In this document: piece after piece, positions 39,536 through 54,496 of the stretch
Layout of the letters: the number at the start of each line of letters is the position of its first letter
How positions within the stretch are numbered: the stretch's first letter is position 1
Assembly: GCF_001194135.2 (NCBI RefSeq)
Contig: NC_069002.1
Location: forward strand, 2,484,960-2,548,959
From: Octopus bimaculoides
Lineage: Eukaryota
DNA: 64,000 nucleotides
Reading direction: 5' to 3'
The notes under the pieces: model-generated
Seen by the model: only the letters and a program-made list of their open reading frames with translations
Told to the model about the DNA's origin: nothing
Databases searched by the model: none
Position numbers and translations under genes: made by a program

Positions 39536-40747
39536 ATCATGTGATTTAATTTATTGACTCCGGAATGGTAAATTTGCCAGAGGAAATATATAAGGATTTA
39601 CTTTGCGTAATGAGATAAAAAAAACCAAGGCTGTGTATGTGCCATTGCTGAACCTTCATTGTTATACACCTTTTGACGGTATATATATCCCCACTGCCCA
39701 TGTCTGCTGTATCGTCCCTTATATATCGGCCCAAGTGTTGTTGTCGTAGTTGTACTTGTTGCTGTAGTTGTTGTTGTTGTCTTTTTTTTATTTTTCTTAG
39801 CGTATTGACACTCCCAACAATACGCAAATCTTGTTGCAACACGAATTTCCATCAGGAATTTTCCAAACCAAATACAAAAACGAAAGTCAAATAACAGTAA
39901 ATGACTAAATTAAATGTAAAAAAAACAAAGGTTATTAAAGTATTTATCTAACATGGCATCATCTGAGACTAAGGTACATTTCTCTAAGCTACCGTCGGTG
40001 TGATGATGATCACTTAATGTCGTCTGAATCTTTTATTGTGTAGTCTAGACTTTTAACACAAACAACAGAGAGGCTTCTGGGAAACCATGAAGAGAGAGAG
40101 GGGTACTCAACACCGTGTGACTATATGTGTTTATATATATGTGTATTTCATACAATATCAAATAGCATTCGTGATATACTATTTATCTAATGATTCGATT
40201 ACTATTAGTGATGTTAGCATAAACTGATAAATGAAATAGTAATGTAATTCTTACATATATTATTAGTCGTTGGTCTATCAAAAAATATTTCAATTTTACT
40301 ATATTGCCTTTTTGTTTTTCCTTAATTTATATATATATATATATATATANNNNNNNNNNNNNNNNNNNNNNNNNNNNNNNNNNNNNNNNNNNNNNNNNNN
40401 NNNNNNNNNNNNNNNNNNNNNNNNNNNNNNNNNNNNNNNNNNNNNNNNNNNNNNNNNNNNNNNNNNNNNNNNNNNNNNNNNNNNNNNNNNNNNNNNNNNN
40501 NNNNNNNNNNNNNNNNNNNNNNNNNNNNNNNNNNNNNNNNNNNNNNNNNNNNNNNNNNNNNNNNNNNNNNNNNNNNNNNNNNNNNNNNNNNNNNNNNNNN
40601 NNNNNNNNNNNNNNNNNNNNNNNNNNNNNNNNNNNNNNNNNNNNNNNNNNNNNNNNNNNNNNNNNNNNNNNNNNNNNNNNNNNNNNNNNNNNNNNNNNNN
40701 NNNNNNNNNNNNNNNNNNNNNNNNNNNNNNNNNNNNNNNNNNNNNNN

Positions 40748-40797
<50 letters not shown>

Positions 40798-41217
40798 ATA
40801 TACAACTACATATATTTATACACACACAAACACACATATGCATATATATACGTTTAGCGATACACACACACCAAACGCTTATATGTGTGTGTGTGTGTGT
40901 GTGTGAGTGAGTGTGTGTGTTTATGTGTCCGTGTATGTCCGTGTGTCTGTGTGTGTGTGTGTCTTTGCTCGTGTGTGCATATGTTGTTGTGATCGTGCAA
41001 TAAACTGTTTTATTCATTTTTTATCTCTTCGTATTAGCAATAATGATCAAAAAGCTAACGAAACGTAAATATAAATTTTATCTTTTGCTAAACTGTTTCC
41101 AGTATGATAAGTAATCTAACTACGGCTTGCTTATTAAATGTATTGTCATCAGCCGTGCAAAAGTATAGATATGGACATGAACACTACCACATAGTCTTAA
41201 CACATACCTTCTGTATG

Positions 41218-41255
<38 letters not shown>

Positions 41256-41809
41256 CGAACATTAGCGTTAATGTTTATTTTTATGTTTAGCTGTAGTAAA
41301 AAACAATTTTACATTAATCTCAAGAGTTTCTTAATACTTTTGTAGAATACGAGTGTATTCTTAAACGTGAAATAGTGTTGATAGTGGCTCCCAAGTTTCG
41401 GTCAGTTAAGCCATGGTCGGATTCTTCACTGGCCGATACTTCGAAGTCGCTGTCAACAATATTCTTGTATTCCAATTTTATTGACGCACACACACACACA
41501 CACACATACACATTTATTTATTTATACATATGTGTGGGACATAATTGGTTTTATGGAAGCTTTTTGTATTACTAGAGACACAATGCGAGAGCGCTCAGTC
41601 TTGACATAAAATTTTCTCAAAGTGCAAATTTTAAAAATAATTAAAATTCAGTACATTAATTACACTCATTTCAAAGAACTTAAATTCTTTCCTTGTATTC
41701 TTGATTTATAATATATTCTTCGATTAGGTTTCTCGTACCGTTTGTTTGTGCGAACTGTTTATTAAATATATATCTATTTGAAAATCTAACCACACGTGCC
41801 ATCTCAATC

Positions 41810-41823
41810 GTTGTCATGGAAAC
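41810..41823. promoter_or_regulatory. RFX X-box motif GTTGTCATGGAAAC, with an E-box CACGTG at 41793-41798
   Basis: 14/14 match to GTTRYCATGRNAAC in unique sequence; overlaps an ATG at 41816. Confidence 0.5.
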
Positions 41824-44302
41824 GGTTGAAGAAAACCTATCAGTTCATCACCCGTCCGTTGGGTAATGTAAGCGTCTGATGCTTACATATTTTTTAATAT
41901 TTTCCGTGAATTTTTCACGGGTCCAGATAGTGAATCACACCTGAGTTTTGGCAATGGAATATATAACGTAGATTTTATTCAATATTCTTTCCCTTTCCAA
42001 ATAGAAAACCCTTAATATTCACATGTAATGAGAAACTACTTTAATATACGCATAAATCTGCTAATTCGGTTTGGTTTGATCACGTCATTACGAGTAAACG
42101 TTTTTTTTTTTTTTAATGCAGTGTCGTTTTATTATTGAAGGAAATAGGGAAGGCAAATTCATCAACAACGAAATGGTTAGGAAAGATATATAAAGGCATA
42201 TGTTAAATAATCTCTGCAGTTATAGTTCATCATCTATATAGTAGGAGTTTATATTAACGCGTGTATTCGAATGCATACATTGAAGTATGAAATCTAGGTG
42301 AAGTGAAACAAAATTTTATATTCGTGTTTTTTTTAAATTTAATCACACGTAGATTTAAACTTCGTTGCTATGATATATATTGATATATATTGATATATAT
42401 TGATATATATATATGATATGTTATAGATTTCTTATATACAATCGGCACAAATTAATGATAATTTTTATGGTATTCGTAATGAGAAGTAAAAAAAAAATTT
42501 TTAATCTTTTCTGTTGCTGTCACAGTTTTCAGTTTTTGTTCTTTTTTTTTTACTTTCTTCAAATCATTTTATAATTTTGTGTGCTGATGTAGTTTGAAAT
42601 TGGTTTTTGGTTTAAATTACTAAATAAAATGTTAATAGCTTTTAAAATATGTAGAATTTGGGTAATTTTGGCAAATCGAAATTCACAGAAACATTGGTTC
42701 CTGTTTCCATATTAACAAGCCAAGCTGTTATCTCTTTCAAAGTACTACACCGACTAGGTATTTTGTTTTTTTAGCCTATCTTCTTTGACGAGTACCTATA
42801 TTTTAAACTTTCGCTTTTGAATTTTCGCTACAAAAAAAAAATGAATTGTTTACGTGAATTGAACTATTACTGCAGTTTCCAGTTTGGCTTTTCTCTGTTT
42901 CTTTTTTTTGGTGTGGGGGGGGGTGGGTGGCCAGCTTAATTAATACTATTCTGTATGAAATTTATGAAAGATATCTCAGTCCTCCATCTCCCAAATCTAT
43001 CTTCAATGTACACGTGCAGCAAACATCCGTCTCTAGTTAAGGCAAATTATGAGCATTGTTTCTCTTTTCATTCATGTTTTATTTGATTTATGCATCATCG
43101 ATTTATATCGGAAGCAGTAACAATTTTAAATAGACAGGAACGTAAGTAGCTGCTTGTTGCTGAACTAGTTTATGGATGAGGAGTTATTTAAGGGCAGGAT
43201 AACTAGCTATTATGCCTAAAGCAATAAACTAAATAATTAAACTGAATGCAAGCTTTAGATAATCAAAATTCTTTATAATATATTATCAATAGGGATGTTC
43301 TTAAAGCAATGCACTGCTTCATTCATTTAGATATTGACCAAAGATTGTTAAAGATATAGCATGAAGGTTAACTAATAATTATTGCAGAAATTGTTGATGG
43401 AACGTTTCTCAACATTGTATCAGCATGATTATGAAATTTCACAGAGTTAGGTATAAAGAGTTGAACATTTTCGATAAACTTTAGACATAAATATAAGCTT
43501 CTTCTTATTTCATTGATTATATTCTAATTTATTTGCTCATGTTGTGGTATCACCATCAACATTATGATACAGACTTTACAAATGGGAGACCACACGGTCA
43601 ATTGATTCACTTGAAATAGAATCTATGACACATAAACTCACTGCTTATTCTATGACAAAATGCAAAAAATATATTGCATAATATAGTATGTAAATCTGAA
43701 AAAGAAACAGATTTGTAAAAGCTGGAACGCATTTCATTATAGATTTGCTCAATCAGAAAATGTATCAAGAGAAACAATTGCAAAATATTGAGGTTGTGAC
43801 AACTAGGATTCGTATCTGAAATGAATGTTTAACAGAAGCCTTCCTCATCATTAGAGTACCCGCATTAGTGTACCATCATTAGAGTACCATCATTAGATTA
43901 TCACTCCTTGAAGATGTTAAATTATATAGCTTTCTTGCATTACTTTGAGATGCAGACTTTGCGATCTTGTTGAAGTGTGTTCGCCAATGTGTATATAAGC
44001 GCATCTATATGTGGCTGTATGCATATATCTGCTTATATGTGTGTACGTGCTATAAATTACATTCTATACACGGTTGTACAATATATTTTCATTTGAAATG
44101 AGACGAAAATTTATTGATTAGAGTTATATTTTTATATGGTAATGTAGATTTTGGAAAAATCTGAAGGACTTGTATATCACTTCGAATAAAAAACAACGGC
44201 GCATGCGTGATTGAAAATGCTTACCAAGTGCATGTGAAGTAAGAGGTGATGCTTTATGTGAATAAGAAACAACAGAGATTAGCTGACGCAAGTAGGTATG
44301 TG

Positions 44303-44340
<38 letters not shown>

Positions 44341-45989
44341 NNNNNNNNNNNNNNCAAACACAAGGTTCCAAGTTCAGTATACACACACACATCTACGCAC
44401 AAATTAGTTCGTATTTCGATAGATTTTCAAGATCTAACATTCGTGTACTCATTAAAATAAAAATACACACATATTTAATTACATATATTACATACATACA
44501 CAGATGAATATTCAAGAATTTATGCCACACATAACATTCAAAATAAAAGCGCATTATATGCTGAAACATCCAGAAAATTCATCCAAAATTTTTATTTCAA
44601 ATTAAACATATAACTCTCTTCTATGTAATATGCATTACCTCTACATATATAAGTACAAACACACAACCGCGCGCACACACACACGAGTATATATGCATAC
44701 CTGAGAGTATATGTGTGTGCGTACGTTCGTGTGTGTGTGTCTGTGTGTATCGGCGTGTGTGAGTGTGTGCATGTATGCACCACTCCATATATGCATATAT
44801 GTGTATATATATACATATGTGTATATATACATATACATACATATGTATACACACATACACACATGCATGAATACATGAACACATATGATTATGCATATAT
44901 ACAAATGGAGAAACACATTCACATGCACGCCTACTCCACACATTCGAGCTATTAATGAGCTTTTTGACGCAATCAAAATTTTAGCTAACAATAACTTTGT
45001 GTATTTATGTTTAACTGTTTCAAGCTATATTTCTCAATTATTCTTTGAAAACACAACACACCCAATTATACGTTCTATTGATAATAAGATTGGCATCAAA
45101 TTTCCGTTCATATTTTCTCAAGATACTGCTTGGCATCAGTGCAAGTTGTGAAATAATTAACATTAACTCATACACACATATATAACTGTCCATGCATCTA
45201 AATGTATATATATGTATATATATATATATATGCGTATGTGTATGTTTGTGTCTTTGTGTGTGTGTGTGGATGTATGTATATATAGTTATGTGTGTATAAA
45301 CTATATATGTATGTATATTTATATTCCTATACACATACATGTTAACGTTTGTAATTTAATTGGAAATTGAAAATGTATCTTTATTTTTGTTTCATTTTCG
45401 TTTATTTTTCGTGAAACGTTTCCCACATGAATGGCTTTTTTCTTCTTTTATATCATCATTCTTCACTCAATTGTCTTTGTCTGCATTCACTTGAGATATG
45501 TTATACGTTTTGCTAGTGTATTTATGTTTTCAAAATTTCAATCACTCTCGGCATATTCCACACGTTCTTTCTTATGCGAACACTCACATTCATGCTGACA
45601 CACGCACAGATTTTTGTAAATAAACACTTGTAAGATAATACCTCCCGTGAATAATATTGTTTTACTCTGATTTTCAAACCTGAGCACACATACAAAACCG
45701 ATTTTGCGCGCTCCTGTTTACGATGATGCATGTTCTACTGTGTACGTGTTCGGTGTTGAAGTTGATTTTAGATTGATGACGTGTAAGTTTTTAATTATAT
45801 AAATTATAATGTTTCAATAATTGAGGTAGGAATGTCTTTACATTCTATGAATATTGGTGGTAATATATGTCAATGTGTGTGCATGGTGTTTGTATATATT
45901 GAACGTTGTATATATTGGGTAGGAAGCTTCTCTGCTGTGTGGGGACGGGCATGTCATAGAATACACTGAACGTTCCCTCTACCTATTCT

Positions 45990-46175
45990 ACAACAGAGGT
46001 TGAGGTAGGATTTGCACTCCGACCCAGTAAGACTCTCGAGAGCAAAAGTACCCAAAGTTATGAGTTAGAGTATTGTTGGCTAGTGAAAAGTTGTCATCTA
46101 TCAGGAGCAGGAAATCACCAGCAGAAGGTGGATGCAGTGACGCGCTGTTACAGCGTATACCTCCATACCACAACT
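45990..46175 (+). mobile_element. Possible RTE-type apurinic endonuclease fragment
   Basis: EVEVGFALRPSKTLES resembles the GVGFAI motif of RTE APE domains; the rest is poorly conserved. Confidence 0.35.
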
Positions 46176-46248
<73 letters not shown>

Positions 46249-46475
46249 TTATATATATATATATATATATAAATCTTATATTGCCGTTCAATACTCGAAA
46301 CAAGTAGGACAACTGACGAAGTGTCGTTCTTTATGTTACTTGGATTGCTTTCCATTTGTCTCTCTTGTTCCTTGCGTACGCATCCTTATTTTCTCATTTC
46401 ATACTGTTTACGTCTTGTGACGTCACGTAGCCATATACGCATATCTATACACATATATATGTATGTACATATATG

Positions 46476-46517
<42 letters not shown>

Positions 46518-47139
46518 CATCCATGTTTTTTGTACACTTACTTTATATCATGTATTGAAGCATGTGATATCTTTCATGAAAATATTTATACCTCTATTGT
46601 ATTTCACGCTTCTTTTTCTCAGTTTCTTGCATTGCTTCCGTTTGTATCTTAATAATACTCGTTCGTTATTCACTCGCTTTCATTTACAAAACTAATTTGA
46701 TTTTAGTGATTATTCTGAGTACACATCTTTGCATTTCCTATCTCCAGAATTACGATGCCTTTAAAACACATGATTAGCACTTTACTAAGATTTCCTTCGC
46801 AAATATTGTTTTTTTTGCCTTCAACACAAAGCTTTTCAAAATTGTGGAGAATATTATAGCATTTTACTTGTTTACGTCCTTTTTATTTGCACCTGTTTGT
46901 GTTTCAAAAGGAGTTATTTTATCATGCTGTTTTTCCTTTCCTTTTTTTCTCTTGTACCATATTTTCTTTTTAGTCTTTATCGTAAATAACTATCAGAGCT
47001 GAGAACGAAATATGCACGCAGGTATAGAGTTGTGATTAAGACGTTTGCTGTGAAATAATGCCGTTTCAAGATCGATTACGTTACGAGGCAACTTCATCAA
47101 ATCGGAACAGCTATAGATTCAAGCCTATGTGTGACACAT

Positions 47140-47510
47140 ATGCACAGACGTGGCTTGCTTCCGAACCACATGGTTTTGGGTTCAGCCTCATTGCGTGGCA
47201 CCTTGGGTAATTGTCTTGTACTATAGCATCGGGCCTAGAAAATCACTGTGAGTGGATTTGGCAGATAGAAATAGACAGAAGCTCGTCGTTTATATACGTA
47301 TATGCATATATAATTAATATATAATTCGTGTGTGTGTCATTGTGGTTGTGTTTATCCCTCCACCATCGCTTGACAACAGATGTTGGTGTGTTTGTGTCGC
47401 CGAAACTTAGCGGTTCGGTAGAAGACAGAGCTAGAATAAGTTCTAGGCTTACAAAGAATAAGTTCTGGGATCGATCCCTTCGACTAAAGGTTGTGCTCCA
47501 GGATGAAAGA
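47140..47510 (+). mobile_element. SINE family A, near full length
   Basis: gcttgcttccgaaccacatggttttgggttcag..gcgtggcaccttggg..gtgagtggatttgg..ccaccatcgcttgacaac..gtgctccag. Confidence 0.9.
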
Positions 47511-48174
47511 CTAGCTTCACCGTTCAAGCTGCTATTAAGACAATTTCTTGACTCCAATTAATTCACTTTATGTTACACAAAGTATAATTAACCAGTACCT
47601 GGGAAACAAGAGTTTGTGAAGCCAACAATGTTTTTCCGGTGCAGTAACTCGAAAAATAGCAAGTAAAAAGTAATAAAATTTGGTTGCTAATACTTACAAA
47701 TCCATTTTGTGTGTGCATTGAAGAACGCTTTGCAGAATATCAAATACAAGTATGGATGGCGTTTGATTTGTCCATAATTGCAGACTGCAAATTTCGGAAC
47801 CACGATAAAGGGATTCGCCCTTCTACCTAGTGTTTATTCCAGGGTGTAAGCGAGGTGGAATCATAATTGAAGAGCCCAAAATCAAGGTGTGAAACTTTTA
47901 AATGAATGTTATTTGAATATGGTAATGAAAAGCACCAAAATCTCGTAATGTGATACAGGTTCAAATAGCATTGCACAACGGGTGGTTGAATATCACAGGA
48001 AAGAGGAGAAAAATTTAAATGATATTTCTGTGCAGTTTTACTTTAAATATTTTGTACACCACATAATTATATATATATATATATGCAGGTGAATTTTCCC
48101 CTTAAGCGCCAAGATAAATTGTCCACTGGATTAGTAATTGAAGAAGATTTGAGTTCACGATTTCCTGAACTCAT

Positions 48175-48352
<178 letters not shown>

Positions 48353-48354
48353 TA

Positions 48355-48860
48355 CAGAAATGGAACGATATTACAAGGCAGGGACTAAATCAAGAGCTAT
48401 CTAAAGCTTATATGTGGAAGTAACTTGGGCGTGATAAAATCCCAAAGCAGTAAATTAATAGCCTCGCATCATTACAATGTTTTTTCTGATATCATCTAAA
48501 CAAGCTCGGATTAGGGATAACAAACCAACTACCTAAAACGAGTGACACAAAAAAAAACTACAGCCGATTATTTGCTTGACAAGAAGGGTATGTGTAAAAT
48601 ATTTACATTCATTCTCATCGAAGGGATGTACCGATTTCTAATCAGAACATCTTTCCTCTTGAACAAAATGGGTGCAAAAGAAACTTATACGGCTCCAAGA
48701 CAAGCTATTATGAAACCGTATTTATAAGTAGGCATTTATAAGTATTGCAGGGTAAACGAGGAAAAGGGAATTCAGCACGCGCCAATGAAGGAGAAAATCA
48801 GGAAAGAATATGATAGACGCGCCAGAAATGGTCCTGAAAACTCCCAGAGTATAATTGCAG
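48355..48860 (+). mobile_element. Decayed, internally deleted Dong/R4-like RT fragment
   Basis: Degenerate WK..GRDKIP, LPKTSDT..NY.P..CL, CKIFTFILIEGMYRFL, FPLEQNGCKRNLYGS.DKLL, then GIQHAPMKEKIRKEY.RR. Confidence 0.85.
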
Positions 48861-49424
48861 CCCCAAACTTTGAAATTGTGATTGTAAATGACCTCAATTT
48901 ATTTCGAAATTGACCAAACACTATAGAGAAATGATCATCGTTTTATTGTAAGGAGCAACAGCTAAGCAAAGTAATAGACAGATGCAAATTACTAATATCC
49001 TAACTTAATATATTACTTACTAGAATACATTTTATATAAGTTTTATATTAAAGGAAAGTTGACAATAACTCATATTTTAAGAAAAGAATTTTGTAAAGCA
49101 CAATAAAATATCTGAGGGAATGTTTTCAATTTACCATAGGAAAATATTGAATGAATAAATTTATATATATATATATGTGTGTGTGTGTGTCTATATTTAT
49201 ATATATATATATTGTTTTGCTTTAATAAATTTTATATAATTACAATAAGTTTTCTTTCGATAACTTTTCTAAACATCAATAAGCCCAGAGGATTTCAGTG
49301 CGTATATTTTATTAAAATTCTTAAAATATTATTGATCTGATTATTCTAAACTACTACTAAAATAATCATGAAAGTATTTACTTAAAGTCAATAATATTTA
49401 CAAGATATGGAGTCTTGTTAGGCT

Positions 49425-49540
49425 CTTATTAGAACACCGAGATAGTGTTCAGCTACTTGCACGTTAATTTTCATGAGCAGGCTGTTCCGTTTGATGGATC
49501 AGCTGGAACCCTCCTCGTCGTAGCCGACGGAGCACCACAA
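49425..49540 (+). mobile_element. SINE 3' fragment (another family)
   Basis: gctacttgcacgttaattttcatgagcaggctgttccgtttgatggatcagctggaaccctc..cgtagccgacggagcacc resembles a common cephalopod SINE tail. Recalled from memory, not searched. Confidence 0.55.
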
Positions 49541-50054
49541 TATATATATTGATAATATATATATATGTATATATAAAAACACACAAACACACACACACAC
49601 ATATGCATGCATGCATACATAGGTTTAAGCGCTACTTCAATCTAGATTGTTTTAAATGAGGCTTTATCCGATCTCATGTCATGATAGTATATTCAGAAGC
49701 CGTACGTAAAATGGTTTGAAATTGAACTTTGAAAACGTAGATCTGGAGATAATAATTTAACTATACAACAAATAAATATACGTGAGTAAATTATCCTTCG
49801 CAGGAAATCCATATTATCTTCTCCAAATCAAATATATAGTATGTGGTTTGTCCTTGGATAATCCCTAATTTGTGTCATATGATTGAAAGAAACATAACAT
49901 CCGAAATAAATTTTGTTTTATCAAAATAAGAATAGATTTCCTATTCGAAAACGAGTTGTGAATGCTAGGCTTTATTTTCTTTTGCAGCAATTTTCAATTC
50001 CTGCTCAAATTCATAAACGCACAACCACAAAAACACCAGCAAACAAATACACTC

Positions 50055-50137
50055 ACTCATACATACATACATACATACATACATACATACATACATACAT
50101 ACATACATACATACACATACATACATACATACATACA

Positions 50138-50166
<29 letters not shown>
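50055..50166. repeat. (ACAT)n microsatellite
   Basis: Direct inspection. Confidence 0.95.
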
Positions 50167-50168
<2 letters not shown>

Positions 50169-50494
50169 GAGTGCGTGTGTGTGTATATGTGTGTATTCAT
50201 GTTTGGTTTATGCAATTGCATAAGAAACTTATGCTCGGACTAAAAGATTCGCATTAAACTAGTTGTAGTCGTAATTTCACAAAATGGCTCTGTATCGGAT
50301 TCGTGTCCTACGAATTTAATCTTTGCTCTGTTAGTGTGGGTGAACTAAATAACAAACTGAGACAAAAAAAAAAAAAGAAATACTAAATCTTTGATATGAG
50401 AGATTCGGCCAAGTAGCAGGGAAGTGACTGAAATAATTAAAAGATTCAAAGAATAATCTCTCCGTACAGACACACATCACCACACACATATATG

Positions 50495-50552
<58 letters not shown>

Positions 50553-51438
50553 CATACACATATATATATATACATGTATGTACGTGTGTATGTGTGTATA
50601 TGTATATATGCATGTATGAGTGTACACGTGTGTGTATGTGTACGTATGTATATATAAACCCATAAACATTTACAGGCACGTATATAAGTGTATATATATT
50701 CATATTACACACATGCCTATATGTATCTATACAAGACTGATAAATACACATACATAGGAAAAAACACAGTTACATGTGTATACGCATGTAGGCGTAAGTC
50801 GAGAAATATAGGGAAAGAAAGAGAGAAAGAGAGACAGATTTTATGCGTAATTATATCTGACAGCCTTGAATTTGTATATATTCCCAAGTTTCTTATGATC
50901 TCATCTAGAATCCAATAATATTTTTTAACTTCTTTCGTCACCATATCTCGCACATTAATCTTTCTAAACTTTGAAGAAACAAAATCCAAAAATATTAATC
51001 TGTGTGTGTTTAACTGTTTGTCTGTGTGCTTCCGTCTATGTGTTTGTGTGATTGTATGAGTTTCATGTTTTTGAAGAATATATCAACGTTAAATTATTCC
51101 TCTCACGTTACCTGCGGTAGCTCCCTAACAGTCAGTACTCGCACTACTTCTCTCCTTCTCCCTTTCACCCTCTCTCTGTCTGTCTCTCTCTGTGTCTCTC
51201 TGTCTCTCCTTCTATCTATCTATCTATCTATCTATCTATTTATCTATCTATAATCTATCTATCTATCTCTAACTCTCATACCCTACATGTCTGTACAGCA
51301 ATGCATCACCTTGATATATTTTTGTCTGTCTCTATCAATCTTCTCATTCTTTTAGCAGTTCTTCACATTCACACACAAAATTACTCACACACAAAATCAC
51401 TCGCACACACATACTCATACACACAGATATATACACAC

Positions 51439-51480
<42 letters not shown>

Positions 51481-51780
51481 NNNNNNNNNNNNNNNNNNNN
51501 NNNNNNNNNNNNNNNNNNNNNNNNNNNNNNNNNNNNNNNNNNNNNNNNNNNNNNNNNNNNNNNNNNNNNNNNNNNNNNNNNNNNNNNNNNNNNNNNNNNN
51601 NNNNNNNNNNNNNNNNNNNNNNNNNNNNNNNNNNNNNNNNNNNNNNNNNNNNNNNNNNNNNNNNNNNNNNNNNNNNNNNNNNNNNNNNNNNNNNNNNNNN
51701 NNNNNNNNNNNNNNNNNNNNNNNNNNNNNNNNNNNNNNNNNNNNNNNNNNNNNNNNNNNNNNNNNNNNNNNNNNNNNNNN

Positions 51781-51811
<31 letters not shown>

Positions 51812-52282
51812 GTATGTATGTATGTATATACACAGGCATATTTCTGTCTATATCAGTATAGACGTTTATGCTTTGGAGTAAATAAAATGACACGAGTAAA
51901 AGTAGCTTAATGATTATGGTTGTAGATTAATACAAAAAAAAACTAAGCAAAACTAAATGCGAACACAGATAGACACTTACGCAGTGACATACACATATAC
52001 ACATAAACACACACACACACAAGCACACACACATGCACACACACACACACACACACACACTTATATATATACTATTTCAAATTTAATGTATAGACCAATA
52101 CGTCGTTATTAATAGTTTCCTAACATAAGTTAGTTTGCTAGGCTAATATCGTCCGATATCTGATTGGATATTTTAAAAATGTATTACGAAAACTGTTCAG
52201 AAAATATGTTGGTTCTAACTAGTATAATGAAATTTTGTGTGTGCATAATAAATGCATACATGTACGTATATATGTGCATGCG

Positions 52283-52318
<36 letters not shown>

Positions 52319-53251
52319 AACATACATACACACATATGTATATGAATATGTGTGTGTGTTTTCGTGTTTGTGCGTGCGTGCGTGTGTGTATGTGTGTGTG
52401 TGCGTGTGTGAATGTATGTATGTTTGTATATATGCTTGTATGTATTGCTTCAATCACTGCAGACTGATTAAAAAAATTATAGACCAAGAGAGAAATCCAG
52501 ATTAAAATATAAATAAGAAAATAGAATAATGGTCATATAAAATAACTACAGAAATATATTGAAACGGTATCTTTGAAATATATAATTAAACCTGACAAAT
52601 CAGGTTTAAAATCTGCATAGTGTCTTCCATGAACAAAAGATATTCAGACTAATAATTGCGTGTAGTATTGAAATTATTATGTATAAATATAATATTTGGG
52701 TTTGATTATTGCTTTACATGATCGTCGCAGAATGAAAATGAGGCATTTGTGCCAAGAGGAATTGGGTCAAGTATCGCAAGTGGGGTGTTCTTGGTGTTAT
52801 CAAGCGCTCATTCAATTACAACCGTTTATTATTTTTTCCTATTTAATCAAAATACTTTTAACTTCTAAAAGTTGCTGATTTCACAGTCAGATAATTTCAT
52901 AACAACTATATACGAATCCATGTCACCGTATAATAAAGTCAATATATATATATATATATATANNNNNNNNNNNNNNNNNNNNNNNNNNNNNNNNNNNNNN
53001 NNNNNNNNNNNNNNNNNNNNNNNNNNNNNNNNNNNNNNNNNNNNNNNNNNNNNNNNNNNNNNNNNNNNNNNNNNNNNNNNNNNNNNNNNNNNNNNNNNNN
53101 NNNNNNNNNNNNNNNNNNNNNNNNNNNNNNNNNNNNNNNNNNNNNNNNNNTATATATATATATATATATATTTACACGTGTGTGTGTGTGTGCGTGTCTG
53201 TTGTTACACACACGCACACACAGATACAAGCGCTTTCACACACGCTTACAT

Positions 53252-54270
53252 TCGAGGTGGTACCAAAATGGTCCCGGACTAACAAATAACTCATTTACTT
53301 AAGTTTTAACACCATCTCCTTCGAAATACACAGGGCCGTCCCTTCTTGCCACTTTTGGAATCCGGCCTGGAAGTCGCTTCTTTTAAGCGAATCGATGACA
53401 TTATGTGATTCACTCTGGGTCTCGACGAATGTGTTAAAACAGTGCCTTTTGTGCTGCATCTGAGATGGAAGTCTGCTGAATTTGGCAAAACAATGCCTTA
53501 TTGTTTTTGGCAAGAATCTCACAAATGTTCTGGTCCCTTTCGCCAAATATCCTCTTACGAACACTTCAAAACGTCGCTGTAGAACTCGCAAATGACAGTT
53601 TGGACCTGGAGAACGAATTCTCGGTTCACAATATTTCAGATGGAAGAAAAAAAAATCGATGAGCATGATCTTGATCGAGCTGTGGCTATATCATGCCTTC
53701 TTCGGTCGTGCAGATGAAGCGCTCTTCCATTGTGACGACTGCTGCTTCGTCTCTGGATCGTACCCGTAAACCCAACACTCGTCACCGGCAATGATCCTCG
53801 ACATGAAGAATGTGTCATCAGCGGCACGCTGGCGGAGAGCTCGACAATCTTCCGTGCGATGCTCTTTCTGCTCATTGGTCACAGTGCGGGGGACAAACTT
53901 GACAGAGACACGCCGCATGCTTAATTCAGACGTCAGAATTGTCTTCACAGAACCCTACGGCAGACAAACAACATCAGCAATGTCATTGATTGTCCTCCTC
54001 CGATGATCATTATGCACAAGCTGATAAATGTTCTCCACATTTCTAGGTAAAGATCGTTGCAGGTCTTACAGAACCCACATCGTCTTTCAGAGATGTTCTT
54101 CTGCTTTTGAAACGCCCGTGCCACTTGATACATTGTGCATTACCCATTGGCTCCGCGCCGTAAGTCGTCTGCCAAAGCAGATGTAGCAGATGTAGCTCTC
54201 CCAACTTCCTGTCCATGACAAAAGTCGCAAACTACAGCATGCACGTGATCACAAAACCACAAATTCCTCA
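53252..54270 (-). mobile_element. Mariner (Tc1/mariner) DNA transposon with a frameshifted transposase pseudogene; one TIR retained
   Basis: TILTSELSMRRVSVKFVPR..TNEQKEHR..RIIAGDECWVYGYDPETKQQSSQWK, plus later fragments (..DFQAGFQKWQE). TIR cgaggtggtaccaaaatggtcccggacta at 53253-53281. Confidence 0.93.
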
Positions 54271-54449
54271 AATAGTAAACTAATTAATCTATATTGAGAT
54301 TTTCTAAAGATTAAATAATTCGGAATTATTGTTAAAAATTTCTATGAACTATATAAAATATTTAATATAATAAATGTCAATCAATATCCATTAGACGTAT
54401 TACGACGGTTACTCCAAGATTACTGTGTTTCTCCTTCTGTATGTATATA

Positions 54450-54496
<47 letters not shown>

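Noticed and set aside
41345-41470. Segment open on both strands (..APKFRSVKPWSDSSLADTSK.. / ..VDSDFEVSASEESDHG..)
   Set aside because: No usable donor and no recognisable domain; the length is compatible with chance.
31084-43900. Short tandem repeats (24-bp x2 at 31084, 10-bp x3 at 42371, 14-bp x4 at 43846) considered as CRISPR-like arrays
   Set aside because: There are no unique spacers and no cas genes, and the context is eukaryotic. They are ordinary slippage duplications.
50829-50995. Minus-strand ORF ..KKYYWILDEIIRNLG.., reminiscent of AP-complex sigma subunits and of the FLDDIIK core
   Set aside because: Only a 6-residue match, without supporting splice sites or flanking homology.
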